Shown piece by piece: positions 1 to 10,323 of a stretch of DNA of 64,000 nt. The stretch is taken from positions 1,600,001 through 1,664,000 of the forward strand of contig OZ244587.1 in NCBI GenBank assembly GCA_965218095.1, read 5' to 3'. The position numbers and the translations under genes were made by a program. Positions within the stretch are counted from its first letter, which is position 1. Every line of letters starts with the position of its first letter. Origin of the DNA: Candidatus Poribacteria bacterium. Lineage in GTDB: Bacteria > Poribacteria > WGA-4E > PCPOR2b. The notes beneath the pieces were generated by a model that did no database searches, was not told the origin of the DNA, and was given only the letters and a program-made list of their open reading frames with translations.

Positions 1-437
1 GCGTCAAACTCCAAAGCAATATCAGCAAGCCGGGAGTGAACGCTGGACATGTTAGAGTCAGTTAGACTAGAACCGTAATACACTAACACTCCAAAATGTT
101 CCAACAGGGGAGATAACCAAGAGGGTATATCCATCACAACCTTCGGGTGGTAGGCAACAACTATGGTGTAAACATAACCTAATAGAGAACCAGAAACAAG
201 ATGGGATTCAAATATCCGTATATTTACAGTAAAAAGAGAATCCTGACTAACTAGAACAACTTCTGGTATCTTACGAAACTCTCTGCTTAGGTAACCTCTT
301 AACGCACTAGGACTTAACGCCTCCGCTTGTATACTCAAAACCAATTTTACCCTCACATCTGGTAAAGGTTCTATAGAAGCTGAAGGGAAAGCACAGAACA
401 GGGAGCAAGCCACTACAAAATACCGAACAGAAATCAC
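1..437 (-). CDS. Hypothetical, probably secreted protein; runs off the window start
   Basis: Read manually: GAGGAGGTGA RBS, GTG at 437, open frame to the window edge (MISVRYFVVACSLFCAFPSASIEPLPDV...), hydrophobic N-terminus; AT-rich relative to neighbours; absent from the ORF track because no stop is in the window. Confidence 0.65.
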   Translation of the reverse strand, partial: MISVRYFVVACSLFCAFPSASIEPLPDVRVKLVLSIQAEALSPSALRGYLSREFRKIPEVVLVSQDSLFTVNIRIFESHLVSGSLLGYVYTIVVAYHPKVVMDIPSWLSPLLEHFGVLVYYGSSLTDSNMSSVHSRLADIALEFD

Positions 438-530
438 ACTCTCTCACCTCCTCTTAACAGTTTTTGATCATTGTATGACGACCAAAAATGGGTGAGGTTT
501 AATCTTATCGCGGTCATCATTTATAACTCG

Positions 531-607
531 GAAAGCCGGGTGCGGTGAAAGTCGCACGCCCGGTTTGGAAGGGGGGAAAATTCCGCAAGGAATCTACCTA
601 TCCTTAC
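531..607 (+). ncRNA. Group II intron 3' fragment (domains V and VI)
   Basis: AAAGCCGGGTGCGGTGAAAGTCGCACGCCCGGTTT has the AGC triad, GAAA loop and D5 pairing; followed by D6-like GGAAGGGGGG...TTCC-GCAA-GGAA...ACCTATCCTTAC ending in AC; no RT ORF upstream. Confidence 0.85.
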
Positions 608-1648
608 ATGAAGCAAACACAGAACAAACTTCGTGTCGCCATCGCGGGATGTCACCGCTAGGTGACGCGCACGCCGGGAGGCCACAATTTCGCGACCGCT
701 TTTCATGCAGTGCCAGAAACCGAAGTGGTGGGCATCTTTGATCTTGGCACAGACACACGATCCAAACTCGTGGATTGCTGGCGCGATGTTTGGAGAAACA
801 TCCCGACCTATGACGACTATCCACAGATGCTTTCGGAAATCAAGCCGGACCTGCTATGCATCGCCACGCGCCAAACCATGCACGCGGATCAGATTGAGCT
901 AGCCGTCCAAGCGGGAGTACGCGGCATCTTGTCTGACAAGCCCCTCGTCACAACTTTGGCAGAGATGGACCGGATCATCGCTGCGTGCGAGAACGTGCTG
1001 CTGCTTTTGGGGTTGGAGAAGCGCTGGTACCCTCGTTACCAGTCTCTGCGAAAGCTGATTGCCGAAGGGACGATTGGACTAGTTACGAGTATCGTCGCCT
1101 ATGGGCTGCCTAACTTGATTAACCATGGTTGTCACTGGTATGACACGCTGCTGCTGTTGGCTGGTGACATCGAGCTCGCCTGTGTCAGCGGCTTGGTGAA
1201 CGACGTTTCGGGGGAGCCAGAGGATTCTCGGCGCCGCATGGACCCATCAGGATGTGGCCAGATTGGACTGGCGAATGGAATGGTGCTTTATATCACTGCA
1301 GACGGTCAGCAGATGAGCTTTGAGGTCCTGGGTGAAAGGGGACGTTTGTTTATCCTCAACGATGGCAATGACAGCTTCATCTGGTTAGTGGATGATGAAT
1401 CGGGTGTGCGTCCCCTGGATATGCCGGAGGAGACAACTGCCTGGCCCGCCGGGCCGGCAATGGTGAGGGATCTGGTCCAGGCCGTGCAGACAGGGGGGCG
1501 AACATCCTTAGATATCGACCGTGCCCGTCGTACAACAGAGATCGGCTTCGCCATCCATGCGTCATCAGCAGCTGCCGGCGCGAAGGTTGACCTGCCTATG
1601 GACGAAAGATCGTTCCGCATTGAATCATTCCCCTGGGGTAATGAATGA
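608..1648 (+). pseudogene. Gfo/Idh/MocA family oxidoreductase with in-frame TAG at 659-661
   Basis: ATG 608 gives MKQTQNKLRVAIAGCHR*, in frame with ORF 662..1648 (PDLLCIAT, DKP motif, NHGCH). Confidence 0.75.
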
Positions 1649-1669
1649 TGATGGGGTAATGAATGATGA
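1634..1669 (+). repeat. 18-bp tandem duplication of the gene 3' end
   Basis: TGGGGTAATGAATGATGA x2. Confidence 0.9.
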
Positions 1670-1782
1670 CTTTGGTAAATAGCCCCTATCAGCAGAATTG
1701 GGGGGCTGGGGAGCAAGTCTAGGACTCTCGGTCGGAGACCGGAGCCACTGGTTTCTCTTGGGAGTAATGAAGGAGAAAATTG

Positions 1783-2802
1783 ATGACAAACTATCGTGGC
1801 GCCGTTATTGGTTGCGGACGGATTGGGAGCACCATTGACGATGAACATGTAAATCAGCCGCAGTTTCGGTATCCCTGGGCGCATGCGCCCGCGATAATCG
1901 AAGCCAAGGGCGTGGAATTAGTCACCGCTTCAGATTTAGTAAAGGAGCAGTTAGCAGATTTCAAACGGCGGTGGGGCGTCACGGCGCTTTACACCGACTA
2001 TCGACAGATGATTGCCAAAGAGCAGCCGGACATCGTGTGTGTGACGACCCGAGCCGAGGAGAGAGCGGGGGTTGTCATCGGTGTGGCGGAGGCGAGGGTG
2101 AAGGCGATCTATGCGACCAAGCCGATGTGCCGAAGTCTTGCGGAAGCTGACGCAATGATCGATACCTGCCGGAAGCACGGCGTTCTCCTGGCAATTGCCT
2201 GTCACAAGAACTGGAGTCCCTGGTTTTCGGCCTGTTTGCAAGCTATCAAGGCGGAAGAGATTGGAGCGTTTTCCTCAATGGTTTGCAATTACAGTTGGAC
2301 CCTTTCTCGGGGGCATAGCCACACGCTCGCACTATTCAGCCTGTTTGCGGGTGCCCCAGCCAAGTAGGTCTTCGGACACATGAACAGTGACGCAGAGGCA
2401 GCGGGAGATGTCGATCTGTTGGGCACCGGCATGATTCTCTATGAGAATGGCATCCGGGGGTTTTTAAACACCGGTGGCTGGTTAAACATTGATTTCATCG
2501 GCAGTGAAGGCTGGATCTCTGTCCGGAACGAACACGCTGATTTCGAGATGTGGAGTCGTCTGCCGACAACCGGAGAACCTGTCCGGCGACAGTTTCCCAA
2601 CCCCAAGCGTCCCAAAAGCTCTCAGCAAGCCGCTATCGAGGGGCTGGTGAAAAATCTCGACGACGGCACAGCCCCCCTTTGTCCGGGGGAATACGGACGT
2701 GAAGCTCTGGAAATTGCAATTGGTTTGCGAGAGTCACATCGGCGGGGAGGGGAGAAAATCGAACTTCCGCTGGCTGACCGGCGCTTGAAGATGTTGGCGT
2801 GA
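1783..2802 (+). pseudogene. Gfo/Idh/MocA family oxidoreductase split by TAG at 2365-2367
   Basis: GCGRIG Rossmann motif; PAK*VFGHMNSD continues in frame into ORF 2380..2802; the in-window paralogue reads PAKWVFG. Confidence 0.85.
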
Positions 2803-2892
2803 AGTCCGTGAGCATGCCCGTATTTGTTGACACGATGATAAGGCGGTGTAACTCTTAACCACAACCAACCTGATGACAAATAGGAGAATCCT

Positions 2893-3681
2893 ATGGCTCA
2901 ACCGAGAGGTGAAGCATTTCGGATTATCAACGAAAGTAAGCCAAAAACACCTATCGCGGCACGGTTGTCGGTTGCGGCAGGATGGGCAGTACAATTGATG
3001 ATGAGCACATCGGCATGCCACATTATCCCTGGCCGTGGGCGCATGCCCCGGCGATGATCGAGGCGTGCCGAAAGCACGGAGTGATTTTTGCCATTGCTTG
3101 CCACCTCAACTGGTCACAAACGCTCGCCAGGCGATTGCTGACGGGGCAATCGGCGGATTGAGATCGATAATCTGTCATAGCACAGCCATATCTTTGCCCT
3201 CCTCCGTCTCTTTGCCGGTGCACCCGCCAAGTGGGTTTTCGGCGTGATGGATAGCAACGAAGGTGCAGCAGGAGACAGTGATCTCTCCGGATCCGGATAC
3301 ATCGTCTACGAGAACGGTGTTCGTGCATACATGAACAGCCAAGCTGAGACTTCAGGGATGACGTGGACACTAGAATTTATTGGTGAGAAGGGGCGTATCA
3401 TCTCGCGTAATCGCCACGCACAGTTTGAACTCTGGAGTACGCATCCAGAAACGGGTGGTCCCATTCAGTGTCAATTCCCCAATCCCTGGCATCCACGGAG
3501 TTCAATGGTGGACGCGATCGAAGGGGTTTGCAGATCTATCGAGCTGGGGGAAGAGCAGATCTGTCCGGGAGAATTTGGGAGAGAGGCTTTGGAGCTTGCC
3601 ATTGGCATGCGCGAATCGCATCGACGCGGCAATGTGCGAGTAGATCTGCCGCTGGAAGACCGGAGTCTACGAATAGGGTGA
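2893..3681 (+). pseudogene. Gfo/Idh/MocA paralogue with frameshifts and a large internal deletion
   Basis: GCGRMGSTIDDEH...WAHAPAMIEA joined directly to CRKHGV; C-terminal ORF 3244..3681 aligns with 2380..2802 (CPGEFGREALE, LPLEDR). Confidence 0.85.
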
Positions 3682-3914
3682 AGGTGAAGACTGCGCTATC
3701 AACCTATCTTTGGCTCATTTGGTCGGGGAAAAATCAGAATTGCCACTAGCTGGTTCATAGGCGGCCGCAGTAGAATGAATGGGAGGGGGCAATGGATCGG
3801 GATGCTCGTCCGAGAATCGGACGGGGTCGTCTAGACCTGCTCTACTTTAACCGTCAAAACTAAGTCTTGATATGTTTGTAGCGGTGATTTAATCGCTCAA
3901 AAAATGAGGTACAC

Positions 3915-4976
3915 ATGCCACGGTTTCACCGTGAGAACCGCGTCGTTGTCTGGACAGCGAATGTCGCCACGCCGGGCGGGGAGCGTTTGCAGAACGGCGA
4001 TATTTTGGTGACAGCGTGTTACCCGGACATCACTTTAGAACAACCGCGGATCATCTCAGGGGTAAAACGTTCCCGCGACAGAGTACGGACCTGGGAAGGC
4101 CCCATCCATCAGTTCATCCCGTCACGCCCTGACCATCCGACATCGTTTCGGGCTTATCATGGCATGGCGCAGATCAGCGACGGAACGATACTGGCGCCTC
4201 TTTCTGGCAGGGGCGGTCCCCATCAGGGTGTGTACCTGTGCCAGTCTACAGACAACGGCGAATCCTGGTCAGATCCTGAACCTGTGGGCAAAGAGATTGC
4301 TGGCTTTGATTGGTCAGGGCTGTATACCTACGGCAAGATCCGTGAGTTGTCGGACGGTACATTGCTCATGCCGGTGTGGGGACGCTTCCGAGGTGAACGG
4401 GTTGCGGTTAGCGTCCAACTCCGGTCAGTTGATGGCGGGCGCACCTGGGATGAGGGAGTCCTCCTCTGTCGCGGCGTCATCGCCCAAAACGAGGTGATAG
4501 AATTGCCCGACGGCCGCCTGATGGCAATCGTTGCAAGCGACGACTCCCCCGGCGGAGGCGGGATGATGCCCCTCTACTGAACTTTTTCAGAAGACAAGGG
4601 ACGCACATGGTCTGACCTGGAACTGACCATGTATCCCATCTATGCTCATTCGCCAGCGCTGTTTCTCACGCGCAAAGGCATACTGTTGTGCTCATACCGC
4701 TGGGTTGGCGATATAGATCAAGGATAGTGCGGTGTCGGACTCAGCGATTATTCCCACGAAGGCGATTGGAACGGTACCTGGCGCAACTCACCGACGCTCG
4801 TGTGGTCAACGTGCTCTGTCCACGAGCCGCAACCCTTCGGCCGTACAATCGGCGGCTACTCTAGCATCATCCCGCTTGATGGTGACCGCTTTATGATTCT
4901 CTACTGGATGTCCTGGGGTGGTAGCCAGGGATTAGAGACGTGCGACATAGAGGGCGTGGTGTATGCGGAGGAGTGA
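3915..4976 (+). pseudogene. BNR/Asp-box sialidase-like protein with in-frame TGA (4578) and TAG (4725)
   Basis: Asp-boxes STDNGESW, SVDGGRTW and, past the first stop, SEDKGRTW; frame continues to TGA at 4976. Confidence 0.8.
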
Positions 4977-5020
4977 TACCTTAGAGGCATCGCGACGGAC
5001 GAAAATCGGAGTCTCAAGCT

Positions 5021-5986
5021 ATGAAACTTGGCATGTCGCAGGCGTGCTATCGCTGGACAATTTATCCCGGACTTCGCTGGGATGGGCCGCACTATGGTTG
5101 CCGTGGCATGCCGCTGCCCTATGGCACCAGCGTGACCCCGCCGCAGGAGATTCATGGCTGGGTCGATTGGTTGCTTGATAAGTGCGTTTCACTTGGTTTG
5201 TCCCCACTTTATGCCACGACGAAGGAAATGTGTGACGAGGCTGACGCCAGATCGTTTGGCGAGAAAGTTGCCGATCTGGGTTTGGAATATATTGGCAGCG
5301 GCGGTGGACGCTTTGCCGGCACGGCCGAAGAGTGGAAACAAGACAGTGAGAAGTTTATTCGCGAGATTAAGCTTGCCAAAGCCGCCGGCGCTAATATCGT
5401 AGCTGCCGTCAACCAGGATGCCCCCGGCGAAGCAGGCCAACCGCTGCCCAACGGCGGAAATTTCTACGGTCACGTCTCCAAACGATGCCCTATCGAAGAG
5501 CAGATCGACCACATGGTCTGCAATTTCGGACAGATCATGTCGATATGCGAAGATTTCGAGATCATCCTCGCCTTTGAAAACCACATGGACTATCGCATCA
5601 GCGAGATCGTTCAAGTGGTCGAACGCGTCAACTCGCCTTGCTTGCGCATCAACTACGACTTCGCCAACTCCTGGTCCGTCATTGAGGATGCGGTGGACGC
5701 TGCGCATCTGGCAGCGCCATACACGGTAATGACGCATATCAAGGACATGCGAGCGCAGTCTACCACCACCATCGGTGAGCCCACCTTTTTTCATGCCCCA
5801 ATCGGCTATGGAAGCGTGGAGATCCTTGAGATCATGGACATCCTCCAGCGAAATGCCCCCACCTCGGAAAACCTGCCACAGTGCCTTGAGGTGCCGCCCC
5901 CTCCACCATACGACCCAGACCATTGGATGCGCCTGAGTATTGACTGGCTCAAGGAGCATGCGGCGGAATACTTTTGTTTTGATTGA
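5021..5986 (+). CDS. Sugar phosphate isomerase/epimerase family (xylose isomerase-like TIM barrel)
   Basis: AFENH, NYDFAN, THIKD, PIGYGSV motifs. Confidence 0.85.
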   Translation: MKLGMSQACYRWTIYPGLRWDGPHYGCRGMPLPYGTSVTPPQEIHGWVDWLLDKCVSLGLSPLYATTKEMCDEADARSFGEKVADLGLEYIGSGGGRFAGTAEEWKQDSEKFIREIKLAKAAGANIVAAVNQDAPGEAGQPLPNGGNFYGHVSKRCPIEEQIDHMVCNFGQIMSICEDFEIILAFENHMDYRISEIVQVVERVNSPCLRINYDFANSWSVIEDAVDAAHLAAPYTVMTHIKDMRAQSTTTIGEPTFFHAPIGYGSVEILEIMDILQRNAPTSENLPQCLEVPPPPPYDPDHWMRLSIDWLKEHAAEYFCFD

Positions 5987-5996
5987 CAAGACACTA

Positions 5997-6075
5997 GGTT
6001 CTATTGACATTTGCGTGAAAGGTTGTCGCATAATAGAAGAATGATGCCAATAACTTTTCCGATGACCAATGGAAG
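5997..6075 (+). mobile_element. Truncated left end of the IS5-family element, including its TIR and promoter region
   Basis: TA|GGTTCTATTGACATTTG...ATGATGCCAATAACTTT matches the left ends at 7874 and 14136, then breaks off. Confidence 0.85.
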
Positions 6076-6095
6076 CTGAGTGAGGTGTTGGAGTT

Positions 6096-7355
6096 ATGAG
6101 GCGTTATCCTGAATATAAAGAGAGTGGTGTGGAGTGGATTAGGGAGATACCAGCGCATTGGGAAATAGGGGAAATAAAACACATCGCAACTTTTGTAAGT
6201 CAGAAATCGACTCCTGAGACAGATGCTATAAAAATTTCACCTGAAAATATTGAATCGGAAACAGGCAAAGTTCTCGATTTTTACAGTTCCTATGATTCAG
6301 TTGGCGTGAAATTCCAAGCTGGGGATGTGTTATTCAACAAACTTCGCGTCTACCTCAGCAAGGTGGTCTTTGCAGAATATAGTGGTTACTCCCTCGGTGA
6401 AATGATAGTAATAAGACCCTTTTTACAAGACACAGGTAAACATCTCTTCTATCTGATGCTATCCTGTCGTTTCATTGAATACTGCAACTCTATATCCGAG
6501 GGGGTGAAAATGCCACGAACAGACGTTAATGACATTCTGAATGCACAAATCCCCATTACTTCACATCAGGAACAAACCCAAATCGCCAACTTCCTCGACC
6601 GCAAGACGCGACAGATTGACGAACTCATCCGCATCAAAGAACGAAAGATAGAACTGCTGCACGAACAACGAACCGTCCTGATAAATCAGGTAGTGACGAA
6701 GGGGCTTGACCCGAATGTGGAAATGAAACCATCGGGGGTCGAGTGGATTGAGGAGATACCGGCACATTGGGAAATGATAAAAACAAAGTACCTATTTCGG
6801 CTGGTTACAGAACCGGCACCCCAAAACAATGACTATGAACTTTTATCAATTTATACAGAGATTGGTGTTAAACCCAGAAAAGAACTTGAGGAAAGGGGGA
6901 ACAGAGCTACCACAACGGACGGATATTGGTTAGTCAAAAAAGGCGATTTCATCGTCAATAAACTTCTCGCATGGATGGGTGCGATTGGCTTATCTAATTA
7001 TGAAGGCGTAACAAGCCCTGCTTACGACATTTTAAGAAAGATTCGTCCCCTAAATGAACGTTTCTATGAATATCTATTTCGGTGTGGACTTTATTTCACA
7101 GAATTTAAGAAACGGTCAAAAGGTATTATGGAAGTCAGATTAAGATTGTATTTTGATCAATTTGGTCAAATCCCTTTAGTGTTTCCATCAGTTGACGAAC
7201 AGGATAAAATCGCCAGCTTCCTTGACCGCAAAACCGAGCAGATCGACGAACTGATATCCGCAGAACAGCGAAAAGTTGAACTCCTCAAAGAATACCGTCA
7301 ATCCCTCATCTCCGAAGTTGTCACCGGCAAGATAGATGTCCGAAGCGAGGTTTAG
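6096..7355 (+). CDS. hsdS: Type I restriction-modification specificity subunit S
   Basis: Twice-repeated SGVEWI.EIPAHWE and EQ..IA.FLDRKT.QIDELI conserved regions flanking two TRDs; ends LISEVVTGKIDV. Confidence 0.95.
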   Translation: MRRYPEYKESGVEWIREIPAHWEIGEIKHIATFVSQKSTPETDAIKISPENIESETGKVLDFYSSYDSVGVKFQAGDVLFNKLRVYLSKVVFAEYSGYSLGEMIVIRPFLQDTGKHLFYLMLSCRFIEYCNSISEGVKMPRTDVNDILNAQIPITSHQEQTQIANFLDRKTRQIDELIRIKERKIELLHEQRTVLINQVVTKGLDPNVEMKPSGVEWIEEIPAHWEMIKTKYLFRLVTEPAPQNNDYELLSIYTEIGVKPRKELEERGNRATTTDGYWLVKKGDFIVNKLLAWMGAIGLSNYEGVTSPAYDILRKIRPLNERFYEYLFRCGLYFTEFKKRSKGIMEVRLRLYFDQFGQIPLVFPSVDEQDKIASFLDRKTEQIDELISAEQRKVELLKEYRQSLISEVVTGKIDVRSEV

Positions 7356-7358
7356 ACC

Positions 7359-7567
7359 ATGCCCACGTATACCGAAACAGACTTTGAAAACCACATCGAA
7401 GCGCAGTTGAACCCGTCGGGCTAAAGGTCTCCTACCTGTGGGAAGACATCCTACAGCCTGATAACCTGATGGAGTTAATCAACAGTTTTATCCATGAGCA
7501 GGAAGTTACAGACACGGTTTACGACCCCGAACTCGGCGCGGTGAAAGATGTGAAGTGCCCTGTACTC
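7359..7567 (+). pseudogene. hsdR: Type I restriction subunit R remnant (two fused pieces)
   Basis: MPTYTETDFENHIEAQLNPSG* followed in another frame by YLWEDILQPDNLMELINSFIH, typical of the HsdR segment before the helicase motifs. Confidence 0.75.
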
Positions 7568-7570
7568 AAA

Positions 7571-7590
7571 CTGAACTTGGGTCGTTAGCG
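7571..7590 (+). other. 3' half of an integron attC-like site
   Basis: CTGAACTTGGGTCGTTAGCG (L' plus R' GTTRRRY-like box) immediately followed by an RBS and a small AT-rich gene. Confidence 0.5.
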
Positions 7591-7606
7591 TGTAAATGGA
7601 GGATAT

Positions 7607-7873
7607 ATGTTTTTTACATTACTGTTAGTCACATTCGTCTTAGCGGCTGTTGTCTCATTTTGGGTTGTGAAGGTCTTTAATAAGCCAATATCCACCATCT
7701 TTAGGCGCATCATTCAGGACGAGATCAGCAGTGCGTGGCATAAGTATGTGAAATTTGCTGCTTATGTAGTTGGTATTTCCGGTGGTGTGAGAATACATGA
7801 GCTAGAAAGATATATAAGTGCACCTACCAAAGATTCTCAGGTTTTAGAGTTGAATAGTGATCAATGGATACTA
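7607..7873 (+). pseudogene. Small membrane protein truncated by IS insertion
   Basis: GGAGG RBS, N-terminal TM helix; frame runs into the IS TIR at 7874 and no continuation is seen after the IS. Confidence 0.7.
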
Positions 7874-8674
7874 GGTTCTGTTGACATTTGAGTATAAGGT
7901 TGTGGCATAATAGAAGAATGATGCCAATAACTTTACCCGATGACCCATGGAAAAAGATATACAGATTTCTTCTAAGTTGCCCCAACATCTATGTTGGCAA
8001 CGAAGCGACAACGCGCCGCTTTGTCGAAGCGGTTCTGTGGGTGACTCGTAGCGGCGCTCAATGGCGGCTTCTGCCAGACACCTATGGTAAATGGAACACC
8101 CGCTACAAGCAGTTTGCTCGATGGTGCGACAAAGATGTCTTGACACAGATGCACCACCACTTCGCCTCTGCGAGTCGATTATTATTGACAGTACCATCTC
8201 ACCCGTGTGCGGCGGGCGCCTTAAAAAAAAGGGTGGGACTGAAAACCAAGCATTAGGTCGCTCTCAAGGTGGCTTCAGTACAAAAATTCACATCGCAGTT
8301 GACGGACTAGGCAATCCCCTAAGAATTCATCTGACACCCGGTCAGAGACACGACATAGTTGAGGCGGAAGGGTTGATAATCGGATATAACAGCGAGATGT
8401 AATTGGAGACAAGGGATACGATTCAGACGCTTTTATCGCGGTTATCAAGACGAATGGAGCGATTGCGGTGATACCGCCCAAAAGTCATCGTCTCGACCAA
8501 AGAACGTATGACAAACATTTATACAAAGAGAGACATCGGGTTGAATGTTTCATCAACAAGATAAAATGGTATCGTCGTATCTTCTCTCGGTTTGAGGAGC
8601 TAGCTGTCCGTTATTTTGGATTTCTCAGCTTTGTCTCCACTCTTATATGGCTCCCTTGAAATGTCAATAGAACC
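7874..8674 (+). mobile_element. IS5-family (IS427-like, two-ORF) insertion sequence, defective
   Basis: TIRs GGTTCTGTTGACATTT / AAATGTCAATAGAACC flanked by TA; [38 protein letters not shown] motifs; A8 frameshift window; extra frameshifts/stop near 8170 and 8400. Confidence 0.92.
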
Positions 8675-8706
8675 TATTACTACAACGTAAAGAGGAGGTA
8701 ATAACG

Positions 8707-9625
8707 ATGACTGACTACCGTTTCAAAATTGGGATGTTTCTTCAAATGACGGGCTTATCTTTTGACGAGGAGCTTGCCCTCGCGGAGGAGCTCGGCGCGG
8801 GGTATGGTTGGTTCACTGACCTCGACTGGGCAATCGGCGGCGAGATATGTTGATAGGCTTGGCGAACGAGCTGCCCGGCATGGGGTCAAGCCGTTTACGA
8901 TTGGCACTGGCGGCACCTTTAGTAAACTTCACCTGGCCGATCTGGAATTGGAGACGCTGCAGGACCATCCAGAGTTTTGCACAGATTTCAACCGCCTCAT
9001 TCAGAGCATGCAAGCTGCCAACCGTCTCGGCTCGGATTCGGTGTTGGCTTACACTTTCGCCTGGCCTGGCGAATACTTTGCCGGCAAGCCGACTTGGCCA
9101 ATGCGTTGGCTGACCCGGGGCGGCGCCATCGCCGACGTTGACATGGAGAAACTGGTCAAAGTGTTCTCCCTCGTGGCAGAGCAGGCTGAAAAATACAACA
9201 TTGATGTCGTCCTCGCCAATCTGCCGTGGCACTATACCAACACCACTAGCCATTGTCGCGCTCTGGTTGAGCGGGTCGGCTCCAAGCAGATTAAAATTAT
9301 GTGGCACCCGTCCAATAACCTGACCGCCGGTGAGTCGGATTCAGCGACGGCGGGCTTCATTAACGTGCGTCCTTACCTCTATTCGCTCCATGTGAAAGAT
9401 TTGCGCGTCATTGACGGTCTGAAGCTCAATTTCGAGTACTGCCCCTTGGGCGAAGGTGACGTTGATTACCTGACTGTGCTGCGAAATCTTCGTGACCACC
9501 GCTGTGATGTCATTTTTGCAGTCGCCACGCATTTCCTACCACCTAGCGGTTCTGGTGCAGACGCAATGCGAATCAACTTTGCCAATCTCAAGCCGCTCAT
9601 CGAACAGGTGGAGGCGGGCGGATAA
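8707..9625 (+). pseudogene. Sugar phosphate isomerase/epimerase family protein, frameshifted near 8830-8850
   Basis: GAGGAGG RBS, MTDYRFKIGMF.. N-terminus stops early; second frame carries LHVKD and PLGEGDVDY. Confidence 0.75.
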
Positions 9626-9697
9626 GGAGTACGCTGTAATACCACCCTCTTAGAAATACGCCTTTTCGTTCCCCCTCACCCGGCCTCTCCCACCGGG

Positions 9698-9887
9698 CTA
9701 ATCCTTATCCACAAATTTGCAACGCCTTGTGGGGCGTGGGTTTGCGCCCGACGATGAATCGTCGGGCTACAGGGCTGCGTCCGATGAATCGGACTTTTCG
9801 GACCGGCTGAAAGCCCGATTTATCGGGCGTCTGTACCTCTAACTCGGCGACTTCATCGCCGAGCAAAAAGATGTGGGTAAAGATAAG
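9698..9887 (+). mobile_element. 190-bp MITE, copy 1, with IS50/Tn5-like 19-bp ends and four internal hairpins
   Basis: Near-identical to 20757-20945; ends CTAATCCTTATCCACAAAT / AGATGTGGGTAAAGATAAG; flanks CCCACCGGG / CCCACCAGG (9 bp, 1 mismatch). Confidence 0.85.
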
Positions 9888-9929
9888 CCCACCAGGGGGA
9901 AGGAGAGTTGGTGTGCCTTCTCCCCCCCC

Positions 9930-9954
9930 ATGGATCGGGATTCAAAGCAACTTG
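9930..9954 (+). repeat. 25-bp mini-element, identical to 30778-30802
   Basis: ATGGATCGGGATTCAAAGCAACTTG exact match at both sites. Confidence 0.85.
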
Positions 9955-10323
9955 ATGGGGGAAGGTTGGGATGGGGGTGATAAAAGTCTGATTTCAAACT
10001 ATAAGTCGAATTAGACACCCCTGAAGGTATAATACCAGGGCGCTTGGCCAGATCCATTAACCGTCCAAGCTATGGTGTTGGAAGACGCCGGCGGTCTGCG
10101 CGTGCTGTGGAGATTGCCGAGGCATTGAATGACTTCATTCCACCCGCCGCAGCGTTCTGGTCGGTCGAGAGCGCGAGGACTGTCCGCTCCAGATCCGATA
10201 CCCAACTGCTCTGCTATCCCCAAAGAACCGGCAGAGTCTACCCTCCTTGGACATGTGCGTGGCGTGTTTACCGGGGCGAATACGTCTAAGATCAAATCAA
10301 AACACCGACACTGAGGCAAAATC

